Below are positions 1 to 10,560 of a DNA stretch of 64,000 nt, piece by piece. Source of the DNA: a virus; IMG/VR virus record IMGVR_UViG_3300025889_000075, positions 91,132 to 155,131 of that record; one strand, 5' to 3'. The notes beneath the pieces were generated by a model. It was not told the origin of the DNA, ran no database searches, and saw only the letters and a list, made by a program, of their open reading frames with translations. Both the position numbers and the translations under genes were made by a program. Position 1 is the first letter of the stretch; every line of letters begins with the position of its first letter.

Positions 1-1
1 T

Positions 2-253
2 GGAGGATCCCCAACGTCGAATGTTATCGATAAATTCCCGTTTTCATCCGACGCGAATGCTACTGACGTAGGAGATTTGACAGTAGCAAGATATACATCA
101 GCAGGTCAATCGTCAACTGCTAGTGGATATACTTCTGGAGGGTATCCATATCAAAACACTATTGATAAATTCTCATTCTCTTCTGATGGTAATGCGACTG
201 ACGTTGGAGATATGACAGAAGTAAAGGGTTTCGTTATAGGACAACAGGTATAA
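2..253 (+). CDS. C-terminal part of a repeat (Kelch/beta-propeller-like) putative virion protein, 5'-truncated
   Basis: Manual translation gives ...IDKFPFSSDANATDVGDL...IDKFSFSSDGNATDVGDM...GQQV*; same repeat and C-terminal QV as 257..1507 and 16498..17730. Confidence 0.75.
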   Translation, partial: GGSPTSNVIDKFPFSSDANATDVGDLTVARYTSAGQSSTASGYTSGGYPYQNTIDKFSFSSDGNATDVGDMTEVKGFVIGQQV

Positions 254-256
254 ATT

Positions 257-1507
257 ATGGCAATTGATCTAAAAGAATTATTAAGTGCAGTACAGAGCAA
301 GATTGGTAATCTTACGCCGTCAAGTCCATCGCGTCAAATTGAATTCTTGGCGAAAGCAGCAGTTAGGTCAGGAGAGAATTTAGTTCGCTCTTACGATTCT
401 GATGGTGAGTTTTTAGATTCTGCGACAACTTCGCCTTATTTAATGCTCTATCATACAACAGATAAAAATATCTACATGTGGGATAGCGATGGTACTTGGA
501 AACCGATTAGCGGCAATGAAGCGTTATTGGTTGGTTTACAAGGGGATTTAGCGGGGTATGCTATAACAGGAAGAAAAGCCACAAACTCCGACATAGATAA
601 TATTGTTGCATTTAGGTTTGCTTCAGGATCAGAAACTATCTATAATCAGGGTCTTAGTGGGGTAAACTCTTTGCCGGCAGGTGTTGGTATGGGTCATGGT
701 CGTGGTACAATGAGTGAGACTAATGGATATCATTACGGTGGTTATAATCCTCCTTCTCCAATGTCAAGCACAATGTATAAATTTCCATTTTCTTCTACTG
801 GTGGACTTTCTGGTTTAAGTAGTATGAGTCCGCATGGAGCATATGCTTGGACTGCAGCTGTTTCAGCACAAGGTCCAGGATACGGTTATTATTCAGCTGG
901 GCGAGCATTACCCGCAGGTGCATCAAGCGCAACACATAAATTTCAATTTTCTAATGATACTTCTGCGGCGACTCCTGTTGGGACTACTAATTTTAGCTCT
1001 TATGCTACTGGTCAAACAGATGTCGTAGGCGGGCAGGGTCATATATTTCAATATGATATCATTGGAGGATCATCAAGAGATAAATACCCATTTGCCTCTG
1101 ATGTTAATGCTACTGCTATAACAAGTATTTCGATCTCAAAATATGGTTCTCAAGGATCTACTGGAGACGCTAGTAATTATTATCAAGCAGGTGGAGTAAA
1201 CCCAAGCGGAAGTACCATTTACACTGATATTTACAAAATGAATTTCACAAGTGAAGGACCTTCAACAAACATCGGCGATTTAACTACTGCAAGATATCAG
1301 ACTGGAGGTTATTCTTATTCTGGCGGAACTGCTTTTATTGCGGGGGGGAGTTCCGGAACTCCTTCTCCAAACTATTTAAACCCATTAGCATATACATCAA
1401 CTATTGAAGGTATTTCTTTTGCTAGTGATACCATCGGTGTTGCTGCTGGTTCTGGAATGTCTGGACCATCGCCAGCTCGATCTGGATATGGTTGCGTTCA
1501 GGTTTGA
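257..1507 (+). CDS. Gly/Ser-rich repeat (beta-propeller-like) putative virion protein
   Basis: Repeats Y-x-x-GG...KF-x-F-S/A; N-terminus similar to 16498..17730; ends QV. Confidence 0.6.
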   Translation: MAIDLKELLSAVQSKIGNLTPSSPSRQIEFLAKAAVRSGENLVRSYDSDGEFLDSATTSPYLMLYHTTDKNIYMWDSDGTWKPISGNEALLVGLQGDLAGYAITGRKATNSDIDNIVAFRFASGSETIYNQGLSGVNSLPAGVGMGHGRGTMSETNGYHYGGYNPPSPMSSTMYKFPFSSTGGLSGLSSMSPHGAYAWTAAVSAQGPGYGYYSAGRALPAGASSATHKFQFSNDTSAATPVGTTNFSSYATGQTDVVGGQGHIFQYDIIGGSSRDKYPFASDVNATAITSISISKYGSQGSTGDASNYYQAGGVNPSGSTIYTDIYKMNFTSEGPSTNIGDLTTARYQTGGYSYSGGTAFIAGGSSGTPSPNYLNPLAYTSTIEGISFASDTIGVAAGSGMSGPSPARSGYGCVQV

Positions 1508-1557
1508 TTCTCTTTAAAATTTAATATATACTATTGTTATTTAATTATTAATTTATT

Positions 1558-2397
1558 ATGAAACAATTACATTTTTGCGGTGGACTTCCACGTTCAGGAT
1601 CAACAGTCTTAATGAATATACTTCAGCAAAACCCTGAAGTATTCACGACCACAACTGATCCTCTTCCGATGAATCTTCAACGATATATTCTTCAGAGATT
1701 TCGTGTAACTGAAATGTTCCAAGCAATGGACGGTGATCATGCAGATCGTGCGTTGTATGGTATGGCAATGGGAGCAATTAATGGTTGGTACAGCGGATTA
1801 ACAAATAAACCTGTTGTTATCTCTAAGACTCGTTATTGGAATCGTATACATCATTTACTGCCGAATGCAAAAATATTAATTATGATTCGAGACTTGAGGG
1901 ACATCGTCGAAAGTTTCAACAAAGTTAATTTAAGATTAAAAGCATTACATTCATACGAAACAGAAGGTAGCGCGTTATATGCTGCTATGACTGAGATGCA
2001 AAAATTTGATTATCATTTCGGCAAAGATAATTCTTTAAGTGCATCATTACAAGAAGAAGTACCAGCAGCAATGGAATTTTGGATGTATGAGAATAAACAA
2101 GACACAATTAAGTTTATTCGTTACGAAGACTTTCTTAAAGATCCTATAGATACAATTAGATCAATCTATGCTTTTCTTAATTTAAATTATTACGAACACG
2201 ACTTAAATAATATTTCACAATCAGAAATGTTTGAACATGATAATGCCTATTTTATGGAGAAAACTGATCATCGGACCAAACCCTCCTTTATTAAATGGCA
2301 ACCACCAAAAAGGTTATTAAGCGAACGTATACATAATCGTATACTTAAAGAATATCAATGGTTTTATGAAGGATTTTATCCGGAGGAATTAAAATAA
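1558..2397 (+). CDS. sulfotransferase family protein
   Basis: GLPRSGST PAPS-binding loop, IRDLRD and IRYEDF motifs. Confidence 0.85.
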   Translation: MKQLHFCGGLPRSGSTVLMNILQQNPEVFTTTTDPLPMNLQRYILQRFRVTEMFQAMDGDHADRALYGMAMGAINGWYSGLTNKPVVISKTRYWNRIHHLLPNAKILIMIRDLRDIVESFNKVNLRLKALHSYETEGSALYAAMTEMQKFDYHFGKDNSLSASLQEEVPAAMEFWMYENKQDTIKFIRYEDFLKDPIDTIRSIYAFLNLNYYEHDLNNISQSEMFEHDNAYFMEKTDHRTKPSFIKWQPPKRLLSERIHNRILKEYQWFYEGFYPEELK

Positions 2398-3752
2398 TGG
2401 AAATGGCAGCGCAACAACAATATACCGCAGCAGATGCTTTTCGTGATAGGGGATACGTATATTTAAATAGTACCATCTCTAGAAAAGATTGTGAAGAACT
2501 AACGAAGTATATGTTCTCACTTTATGATAAAGGAGTGCTTGAAAAAGACGAGCAATGTCCTCTTTCCGATTCAGTTTATGGTGATGAAATCTTTGATGGT
2601 ATCGCTAGAGAATTAGCAGGTCCGTTGTCGAATCAACTCGGCGTTCAGTTGCTCCCTACCTACACTTACGCCAGGATTTATCGCAACGGGGAAATACTAG
2701 TGCGTCATAAAGATCGCCCCTCATGCGAGATCTCAGGAACCATGACACTCGGTTTCGATGATGGTTCAGGACTTTGGCCAATTTATTTCGCTGAGAATGA
2801 TGACGATCAAATAGGAACTCCTTACGAAATTAATATCGGTGATTTGGTAATGTACCGTGGTTGCGAACTTCCTCACTGGAGACCGAAATATAAAGGTAAG
2901 TGGCAAGTTCAAATCTTTTTCCATTTTGTTGATGCTAATGGTCCACACAAAGATTTTGTCTGGGACGGCAGGAAGTCAATGGGGAAAAAGAAAACTCCAG
3001 ATAATATGAGAGAAAAAGGTGAAACTCCTACGCTCGACATGTTTAAGGGTAAGGTCATCAATGATGAAGTTGATGTTATGCGCGGAAGAAACATTCCTGA
3101 AGATATTAAATTCTATCATCTTCCACAATCACAATGGATCACTAATGGTATTATGATTCGAACTTGTGATAACGAGTTTCCTGGTGCTTCGTTCTTCAGT
3201 AAAAAAGGCGTTCATCCTGAAATGACATTAAGTCTAGAAGAATGTAAACGAGTAATCTCTTATGCCGATCAAAAATATGGAATGAAATCTACCGTTGGTT
3301 CTGATGAATCAAGAGCATACAATAAGGAAATTCGTGAAGTTGATACATACACTCTGGAGCATACACCAGAAACTTCTTGGTTGTTTCAGAAAGTAGCAGC
3401 TGCCGTGGGTGTAGTAAACGCTGAATACTACCGCTGGAATCTTCTTGGTATTACTCATGCTCTGCAGTTACTACATTATAAAGGCGAAGATAAATCTCAT
3501 TATCAGTGGCATATTGACGCGGGACCAACGAGCAGCGCAACGAGAAAACTATCTCTTTCTATTCCGCTCAATGATGACTATGAGGGAGGCGATCTTATAA
3601 TCAATAGCAACGGTGTTATAATGACTGCGCCCAAAGAACTCGGATCTATTTCTTTCTTCCCAAGTTTCAGTTTGCATAAAGTTGAACCTGTTACTAAAGG
3701 TGAGCGCTGGGTAATCGTCGCTTGGATTCATGGACCTGATCGATTTAAATAG
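2397..3752 (+). CDS. tandem two-domain 2OG-Fe(II) oxygenase
   Basis: Domain 1 HKDRPSCEIS...HWR; domain 2 WHID...RKLS...HKVEPVTKGERW. Confidence 0.85.
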   Translation: MEMAAQQQYTAADAFRDRGYVYLNSTISRKDCEELTKYMFSLYDKGVLEKDEQCPLSDSVYGDEIFDGIARELAGPLSNQLGVQLLPTYTYARIYRNGEILVRHKDRPSCEISGTMTLGFDDGSGLWPIYFAENDDDQIGTPYEINIGDLVMYRGCELPHWRPKYKGKWQVQIFFHFVDANGPHKDFVWDGRKSMGKKKTPDNMREKGETPTLDMFKGKVINDEVDVMRGRNIPEDIKFYHLPQSQWITNGIMIRTCDNEFPGASFFSKKGVHPEMTLSLEECKRVISYADQKYGMKSTVGSDESRAYNKEIREVDTYTLEHTPETSWLFQKVAAAVGVVNAEYYRWNLLGITHALQLLHYKGEDKSHYQWHIDAGPTSSATRKLSLSIPLNDDYEGGDLIINSNGVIMTAPKELGSISFFPSFSLHKVEPVTKGERWVIVAWIHGPDRFK

Positions 3753-3760
3753 CGAATCCT

Positions 3761-3768
3761 TATAAATA
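3761..3768 (+). promoter_or_regulatory. T4-type late promoter (TATAAATA)
   Basis: Exact consensus upstream of g13. Confidence 0.8.
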
Positions 3769-3796
3769 AACAGGAGTCAATTAGGATTATGCTAAA

Positions 3797-4552
3797 ATGC
3801 CAGCAATTACAAGTAGAGATACGCTTATTGATTATTGCTTGAGGAAACTTGGCGACCCTGTTATTGAAATAAACGTCGATCAGGATCAAATAGAAGATAA
3901 AGTAGATGATGCTCTGCAAATGTATCAGGAGTATCATAGCGACGCAACAATTCGTACTTATTTGAAGCATCTCGTTACTGCTGATGATGTTTCGAATAAG
4001 TACATTCCTATTTCATCAGATATTATTTACGTATCTAAACTATTCCCCGTAACGTCAACCTTTGGATCATCAGGCAACTTATTTGATATTCGTTATCAGA
4101 TGATGTTGAACAACATGGGCGACTTTATTAACTTTGCTGGTGATATTGCTTATCTTTATCAGATGGAGCAATACCTCAGCATGGTCGATCAAACATTGCA
4201 CGGCAATCCATTAGTTAGATTTTCTAGAAGACAAAACCGTCTTTATCTCTTTGGAGATTTCGAAGATAAAGATGTCAAAGCAGGTGACTATTTAATTGCT
4301 GAGGTTTATCAAATAGTAAACCCACAATCTCACACCAGCGTTTATAACGACATGTTCATTAAGAACTATACTACTGCGCTAATTAAACAGCAGTGGGGTA
4401 TTAACATGTCTAAATTTGAAGGTATGCAATTACCTGGAGGAGTAACAGTTAGCGGAAGACAAATGTATGATGACGCAACAACTGAGTTAGAAAAACTCGA
4501 AGAGAAACTGCGTCTTGAACAAGAATTACCTCCTGACTTTTTTGTAGGTTAA
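3797..4552 (+). CDS. g13: neck protein gp13
   Basis: YCLRKLGDPVIEINVD, KQQWG.N..KF.G.QLPGG; synteny. Confidence 0.92.
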   Translation: MPAITSRDTLIDYCLRKLGDPVIEINVDQDQIEDKVDDALQMYQEYHSDATIRTYLKHLVTADDVSNKYIPISSDIIYVSKLFPVTSTFGSSGNLFDIRYQMMLNNMGDFINFAGDIAYLYQMEQYLSMVDQTLHGNPLVRFSRRQNRLYLFGDFEDKDVKAGDYLIAEVYQIVNPQSHTSVYNDMFIKNYTTALIKQQWGINMSKFEGMQLPGGVTVSGRQMYDDATTELEKLEEKLRLEQELPPDFFVG

Positions 4553-4553
4553 A

Positions 4554-5165
4554 ATGGCGACAAATCAATATTTCTCTCGCGGATCTAAATCCGAGCAAAG
4601 ACTTTATGAGGATCTAGTAATAGAATCTTTGAAGATGTACGGGCAAGATGTTTATTATGTCCCGAGAGAAATCGTGCGCAGAGATACTATTTTCAATGAA
4701 GCGACATTATCTCGTTTTTTAAATGCATATAAAATAGAAATGTATTTAGAAAATACAGATGGGTTTGAGGGCGAAGGCGATTTGTTTACTAAGTTCGGTA
4801 TTCAAATTAGAGATACTGCTAATTTTGTTGTTTCAAGAAAAAGATTTAACTGGGAAGTTGGTAGTATAGAAAATGGTGGTGATCCAAATAAATTCTATAG
4901 ACCAAGAGAAGGTGATGTAATTCATTTACCTCTTTCTAATTCTACTTTCCAGATTATGAAAGTTGAAGATGAAACACCATTTTATCAATTAAAAAATCTT
5001 CCAACGTTTAGACTTTCTTGCGAATTATTTGAATACGCTGATGAAAACTTCGATACTCAAATTGCTGAAATTGATAATATTGAAACTTACGCAGCATATC
5101 AATATGTTCTTACTATACGTACGGCAGAACAAGCCAGAGCAACTGCAACAGCGAGTATTGACTAA
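4554..5165 (+). CDS. g14: neck protein gp14, N-terminal part
   Basis: EQRLYEDLVIESLKMYGQDVYYVPR, FTKFGIQIRD, RPREGD. Confidence 0.9.
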   Translation: MATNQYFSRGSKSEQRLYEDLVIESLKMYGQDVYYVPREIVRRDTIFNEATLSRFLNAYKIEMYLENTDGFEGEGDLFTKFGIQIRDTANFVVSRKRFNWEVGSIENGGDPNKFYRPREGDVIHLPLSNSTFQIMKVEDETPFYQLKNLPTFRLSCELFEYADENFDTQIAEIDNIETYAAYQYVLTIRTAEQARATATASID

Positions 5166-5971
5166 TGGCAGGTATTAGCTCATTATCATTAACTTTCGCT
5201 GGAGCAAACTATCAAGTAGCTCCAAGCGTTACAATTGCGCTTCCAGATTTAGATTCTGGTAACGCTACTGCAACTATCACTTTAAATGATAGCGGATTTG
5301 TCAGTTCTATTAATGTTACTGATGGTGGTGCTTATTATACCTCTGCTCCAAATGCATCATTTACTTACGTTGACTCTGATGGAAACAGCGGAACAATTAT
5401 TGTTGGTACTACTATTAATATTGACGGCACAGTTACTGCAGTAGATAAACCAATAACATCAGCGCCAATTGTTTCCTCTTCTATAACAATAGATTCGGCG
5501 ACTGGTACAAAAAATGATTTTAGAGCAAGAGTTACTTCGATACTCGATTCAGCAAACAGCGTAGTTAGTGGGTTCAATATAATCGATTCTGGTGGGGGTT
5601 ATACAGTAGCGCCAGCGGTTACAATTGATTTCTCTTACACAGATTTAAATTATGTGGTAGGAGAAAATGCTATACAACAAAATGCTACGTTTAATATGGT
5701 TGGTGAAGTTCAGGGTTGGAACGATTCGGATAGAGAATTAAAACTAATTCGAGTTGGTGCTTCTGATGGTAAATTTCATGAATGGAATACTACCAATCCA
5801 GTTCGAGGCGAAACTTCAGGTTCTTCTGGTTCTATACTGTCAGTTAGAGAAGTACAAACAATGGATCCTGATGCTGGCGGTGGTTCTTCTGGTAACGTTA
5901 CTGATTTCGATGTTTCTGCGCTCGAGTTTATTGATTTCAGCGAAAATAATCCGTTCGGAGATCCAATCTAA
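5165..5971 (+). CDS. gp14 C-terminal part encoded as a separate ORF
   Basis: GGGY..AP.V.I repeats and terminal DFSENNPFG typical of gp14 C-termini; TAATG overlap with preceding ORF. Confidence 0.7.
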   Translation: MAGISSLSLTFAGANYQVAPSVTIALPDLDSGNATATITLNDSGFVSSINVTDGGAYYTSAPNASFTYVDSDGNSGTIIVGTTINIDGTVTAVDKPITSAPIVSSSITIDSATGTKNDFRARVTSILDSANSVVSGFNIIDSGGGYTVAPAVTIDFSYTDLNYVVGENAIQQNATFNMVGEVQGWNDSDRELKLIRVGASDGKFHEWNTTNPVRGETSGSSGSILSVREVQTMDPDAGGGSSGNVTDFDVSALEFIDFSENNPFGDPI

Positions 5972-6747
5972 TGTTAACTGGTCATTTCTATCACGAACAT
6001 ATTCGCAAATCAGTAGCGGTCTTTGGATCTCTTTTCAACGACATTTATATTTTTAGAAAAACAAATAGTGGCGTTGGTCAAGGTCAAATGAAAGTTCCTT
6101 TGAGTTATGGTCCAAGGAATAATTTCTTAACACGTATCGCAGAGATGGCAAACGGCGAAGAAGCAGAGCGTCAGTTAGCAATCAGATTACCGAGAATGTC
6201 GTTTGAGATTCTAGGTTTAAATTATGATCCTGTTAGAAAATTACCGACCAACAATTCTACAGTTCAGGCATTGGTTGGATCAAACAGTCAGACTGCTAGA
6301 ACTAAAATGTTCACCGCTGTTCCTTACAACATTTTATTTCAATTAAATATTTATGGTAAAACTCAAGACGACGCGCTACAAATAACAGAGCAAATCTTGC
6401 CTTACTTTAATCCACAATATACAGTTAGAGTTAAACCAATTGCTGATATTCCAGCAATTATAGATGATGTACCAATTATCTTGCAAGGCGTAACATTTAC
6501 TGACGATTATGAAGGATCTATTGAACAAAGAAGAACAATTCTTTATACTTTAGATTTTGAAATGAAAATAAACTTTTATGGACCTGTCGTTTCTAAAGAT
6601 ATTGTCACAGAAGTTCAAACGAGTTTGTTTCAAATGGATACTGGTTTATCAGATAGTGATGAATTACTTAGCACGTTAACAACTACTGCTACTCCTTCTG
6701 GGGTTGGACCAGATAGTGATTTTTCTTTATTAACTACTATATCATAG
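5971..6747 (+). CDS. g15: tail sheath stabiliser gp15
   Basis: FGSLFNDI, VPLSYGP, LPRMSFE, EQILPYFNP. Confidence 0.92.
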   Translation: MLTGHFYHEHIRKSVAVFGSLFNDIYIFRKTNSGVGQGQMKVPLSYGPRNNFLTRIAEMANGEEAERQLAIRLPRMSFEILGLNYDPVRKLPTNNSTVQALVGSNSQTARTKMFTAVPYNILFQLNIYGKTQDDALQITEQILPYFNPQYTVRVKPIADIPAIIDDVPIILQGVTFTDDYEGSIEQRRTILYTLDFEMKINFYGPVVSKDIVTEVQTSLFQMDTGLSDSDELLSTLTTTATPSGVGPDSDFSLLTTIS

Positions 6748-6754
6748 GTAATGT

Positions 6755-7105
6755 ATGAATGAAAAAAATAATAATATCAGAAATGACTACGAATACTCCC
6801 GAGAGACTTATTACGATCTACTAGAGAAGGGAAGAGAGTCACTTGAGTTAATGATTGAAGTTGCCAGAGAAAGCGAGCATCCACGTGCATTCGAAGTCCT
6901 ATCAAACATGATGAAGAATATGGCAGACATTAATGATAAGTTAATGGACCTCAATAAGAAAAATAAAGACATTAACAAAGAAGAAGTTAAAGAGACAAAA
7001 CAGATTACAAATAATAACGTGTTTTTAGGAAGCACAACTGATCTACAAAGATTTTTACAGGATGAAAAAAAGGTGATTGATGTTACTCCAGAATCGAATG
7101 AATAA
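6755..7105 (+). CDS. g16: terminase small subunit gp16
   Basis: DYEYSR, SEHPRAFEV, NNNVFLGSTTDLQ. Confidence 0.9.
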   Translation: MNEKNNNIRNDYEYSRETYYDLLEKGRESLELMIEVARESEHPRAFEVLSNMMKNMADINDKLMDLNKKNKDINKEEVKETKQITNNNVFLGSTTDLQRFLQDEKKVIDVTPESNE

Positions 7106-8699
7106 TGAAACATATCTTGGCAATATCAATGTAAAACGCGATGGTGTTGTTCAAGAATGGACTAGGGAGCAAGTTCTTGAATATAAAAAGTGTATGGATA
7201 GTCCCGCATATTTTGCGGAAAAGTATGTCAAAATTATTTCGTTGGATAGGGGACTTGTTCCTTTTAATCTTTACCCCTATCAAAGAGATATGTTCGAACA
7301 TTTTAACAGCAATCGTTTTAATGTTGTTCTTGCTTGTCGACAAAGCGGTAAGTCTATCTCCTCCGTCGCCTATCTCCTTTGGTACGCTATATTCAATTCA
7401 GAAAAAACAATTGCTGTCCTTGCAAACAAAGGGGCAACTGCTAGAGAAATGTTGGCTCGTGTTACTCTTATGCTGGAGAACCTTCCTTTCTTTTTGCAAC
7501 CAGGTTGTAAAACTCTCAATAAAGGGAGTATTGATTTTTCTAATAACAGTAGGATTATTGCTGCTGCCACTAGCGGGTCTTCTATTCGCGGTATGTCTGT
7601 TAATTTGCTCTATCTCGATGAGTTTGCTTTTGTTGAGCGAGCAGCTGAATTCTACACTTCAACCTATCCTGTCGTCTCAGCAGGTAAAGAAACAAAAGTC
7701 ATCATTACCTCAACAGCAAACGGCATCGGAAACGTCTTCCATAAAATCTGGGAAGGTGCCAATCAAGGTGTAAATGAATTCAAACCATTTAGAGTCGACT
7801 GGTGGGATGTTCCAGGAAGAGACGAAAACTGGAAACAAGAAACTATCGCTAATACGAGTCCTCTCCAGTTTGATCAGGAATTTGGAAATACCTTTTTCGG
7901 AACTGGAGATACCCTGATAAATGCAGAGACGCTCTTGTCATTGCGAGCAAGAGCGCCACTACAAGTTTTAGAGGGCGGTCTTTTTCTTTCTTATAAAGAA
8001 CCTGCTAGCAAGCACGAATACATCATGACCGTTGATGTTTCGAAAGGAAGAGGTCAGGATTACTCTACGTTCAATATTATCGATATTACGACACGCCCTT
8101 TTGAACAGGTGGCTGTGTATCGGAACAATTCTATCTCTCCAATACTCTTCCCTAATATTATCTATAAGTATGCGAAAGTCTACAATGAAGCATATGTGGT
8201 TGTAGAATCAAATGATCAAGGTGGCGTTGTTTGTAATGGTTTGTATTATGATCTTGAATATGAAAATGTACATGTGTCATCAGCAATTAAAGCAAACTCT
8301 ATCGGGATTGAGATTAATAGGAAAACCAAGCGTCTTGGTTGCTCTGGTATTAAAGATATTTTAGAGGAACAGAAATTAGAAATTTATGATGAAAACACAA
8401 TTTTAGAAATATCAACTTTTGTCGCTAAAGGGCAGTCATATGAAGCAAGTGAAGGAAACCATGATGACTTAATGATGAATCTGGTCATGTTTGGTTATTT
8501 TGCAACAACGCAGTTTTTCAGCGACATGACAAACATCAATTTAAAAGAAATGATGTTCCAACAAAAAATGCGACAGATAGAAGAAGACATTGTTCCATTT
8601 GGTTTTATTGACGATGGATTAGATGCAATTGAGGTTTTAGAAGATCAAGAACGATGGAAAAATCAAGAGTGGTTGATTCCTCATCCCGAAGAATGGTAG
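7098..8699 (+). CDS. g17: terminase large subunit gp17
   Basis: RQSGKS Walker A, LYLDEFAF Walker B, HDDLMM nuclease motif; ATG at 7098 preferred. Confidence 0.95.
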   Translation: MNNETYLGNINVKRDGVVQEWTREQVLEYKKCMDSPAYFAEKYVKIISLDRGLVPFNLYPYQRDMFEHFNSNRFNVVLACRQSGKSISSVAYLLWYAIFNSEKTIAVLANKGATAREMLARVTLMLENLPFFLQPGCKTLNKGSIDFSNNSRIIAAATSGSSIRGMSVNLLYLDEFAFVERAAEFYTSTYPVVSAGKETKVIITSTANGIGNVFHKIWEGANQGVNEFKPFRVDWWDVPGRDENWKQETIANTSPLQFDQEFGNTFFGTGDTLINAETLLSLRARAPLQVLEGGLFLSYKEPASKHEYIMTVDVSKGRGQDYSTFNIIDITTRPFEQVAVYRNNSISPILFPNIIYKYAKVYNEAYVVVESNDQGGVVCNGLYYDLEYENVHVSSAIKANSIGIEINRKTKRLGCSGIKDILEEQKLEIYDENTILEISTFVAKGQSYEASEGNHDDLMMNLVMFGYFATTQFFSDMTNINLKEMMFQQKMRQIEEDIVPFGFIDDGLDAIEVLEDQERWKNQEWLIPHPEEW

Positions 8700-8791
8700 T
8701 CAAAAGTCCCTTTTTAATAAATAAATGCATTGAGCAATTACCTTGTAATGTTATTCTTATCATTAGCTAATAGAAAAGAAGGACACGAATT

Positions 8792-10540
8792 ATGGCACTT
8801 TTTACCCAATCCGCGTCTCCTGGTATCACTATAAAGGAAATAGACTTAACGGGTGTTGTCCCGAATGTCACGACTTCTACTGGTGCCTTTGTTGGAGATT
8901 TTAGTTGGGGACCAGCGGAAACACCAGTTCTAGTTGACAATGAAGGGACTTTGGTGTCTACGTTCGGTTCACCAACGACAAGTAACAATGTTGACTTTTT
9001 GTCAGCAGCAGCGTTCTTAAAATATTCGAACAGCCTTTATGTTGTTCGCGAAGCAACTGGTGTTGCTAAAAACGCATATTTTGCAACAGGAATTTCTGTA
9101 ACAGATCCATTTGTCAAAGACGCAACAGATTTTGATAATCAAGCATCCAGTTTGGATTCTGATGGTCATACTTTTGTTGCTCGCTATCACGGCACAGCAG
9201 GAAACAGTATTAAAGTTTCTGTTTGCCCAGTAGAAGACGGTGATGCTGCATTCTCATCATGGACGTATCGAACTGAATTCGATGGCGCTCCAGGAACGAG
9301 TTCATATGCATCAGCAGCTGGTGGATCAAACGACGAAGTTCATGTTGTAGTTGTTGATGAAGACGGTGATCTCACTGGAACTGCTGGTACAGTTCTTGAA
9401 AGATATCCTTATGTCTCTCTCGCAACTGACGCTAAAACATCTGATGGCACTAAAAACAACTGGAAAGACGTAATTAATGCGCGTTCTAGTTATATTTGGG
9501 CAGTCAGCATGAACAAAGCGAACGATGTTTCTGATCAGCAATTTAGCGAAGCATCAACAGCAGCAAGCACTAATTTCGTTTTAGCAGATCCAGTATCAAA
9601 AGATTTCAGTTTAACTGCCGGCGTAAATTCTGGCGTGTTTGGAACATCTGAATATTTGTCTGGTTTCGATAAATTCGAAAGCAACGAAGACATTCAGGTT
9701 GATTTCTTAATCGCTCCTGGAATGTCTTCTTCATCAGATCAAGCAACTGTAGTAAATGATCTAGTTGCAACTGCTGCTAGTTTAAGAAAAGATTGCGTTG
9801 TTGTTACTTCTCCAAACCGCGCTGGCGTTGTTGGGGTAACTTCTGCTGCCACGATTGTTACTAATACGACAACTTGTGCGAACCTATTTACGGCATCATC
9901 TTATCTGATTATGGATAACAACTACTTGAAAGTTTATGATAAATATAACGACAAGTATGTGTTTATTCCTGCTGCTTCATCAACCGCTGGTTTGATGGCA
10001 GGTACAGATGCAGTTGCTGCTCCATGGTTCTCGCCAGCGGGTAATCGTAGGGGTCAATATTTCGGTGTTACTTCTCTCGCCTATTCAGCTAGTCAATCTC
10101 AACGAGATACGCTTTACAAGGCAGGTGTTAACCCAATCGTTAATCTTCCTGGCCAGGGTGTTACTCTCTTTGGTGACAAAACTAAAGAGTCTCGCCCATC
10201 AGCGTTCGATAGGATTAACGTTCGTCGCTTGTTCTTGGCAGTTGAGAGAGCAATCTCTGCTGCTGCTAGAAACGTTATGTTTGAATTTAACGACGAATTT
10301 ACAAGAGCGGAATTTGTTAATATCGTTGAACCATTCTTGAGAGAAATCAAGGGTCGTCGCGGTATCACAGATTTCAGAGTAGTTTGTGACGAAACTAACA
10401 ACACGGCAGCGGTCATTGATCGTAACGAGTTTATTGCTAGTGTCTTCATCAAACCCGCACGTTCTATTAACTACATTACATTGAACTTTGTAGCGGTTAG
10501 AACTGGCGTAAACTTTGAAGAAGTAGTTGGTTTAGTCTAA
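8792..10540 (+). CDS. g18: tail sheath protein gp18
   Basis: SPGITIKEIDLT, PWFSPAG, FDRINVRRLF, KPARSINYI. Confidence 0.95.
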   Translation: MALFTQSASPGITIKEIDLTGVVPNVTTSTGAFVGDFSWGPAETPVLVDNEGTLVSTFGSPTTSNNVDFLSAAAFLKYSNSLYVVREATGVAKNAYFATGISVTDPFVKDATDFDNQASSLDSDGHTFVARYHGTAGNSIKVSVCPVEDGDAAFSSWTYRTEFDGAPGTSSYASAAGGSNDEVHVVVVDEDGDLTGTAGTVLERYPYVSLATDAKTSDGTKNNWKDVINARSSYIWAVSMNKANDVSDQQFSEASTAASTNFVLADPVSKDFSLTAGVNSGVFGTSEYLSGFDKFESNEDIQVDFLIAPGMSSSSDQATVVNDLVATAASLRKDCVVVTSPNRAGVVGVTSAATIVTNTTTCANLFTASSYLIMDNNYLKVYDKYNDKYVFIPAASSTAGLMAGTDAVAAPWFSPAGNRRGQYFGVTSLAYSASQSQRDTLYKAGVNPIVNLPGQGVTLFGDKTKESRPSAFDRINVRRLFLAVERAISAAARNVMFEFNDEFTRAEFVNIVEPFLREIKGRRGITDFRVVCDETNNTAAVIDRNEFIASVFIKPARSINYITLNFVAVRTGVNFEEVVGLV

Positions 10541-10560
10541 GCGCACTAAGGAGAAAATAA

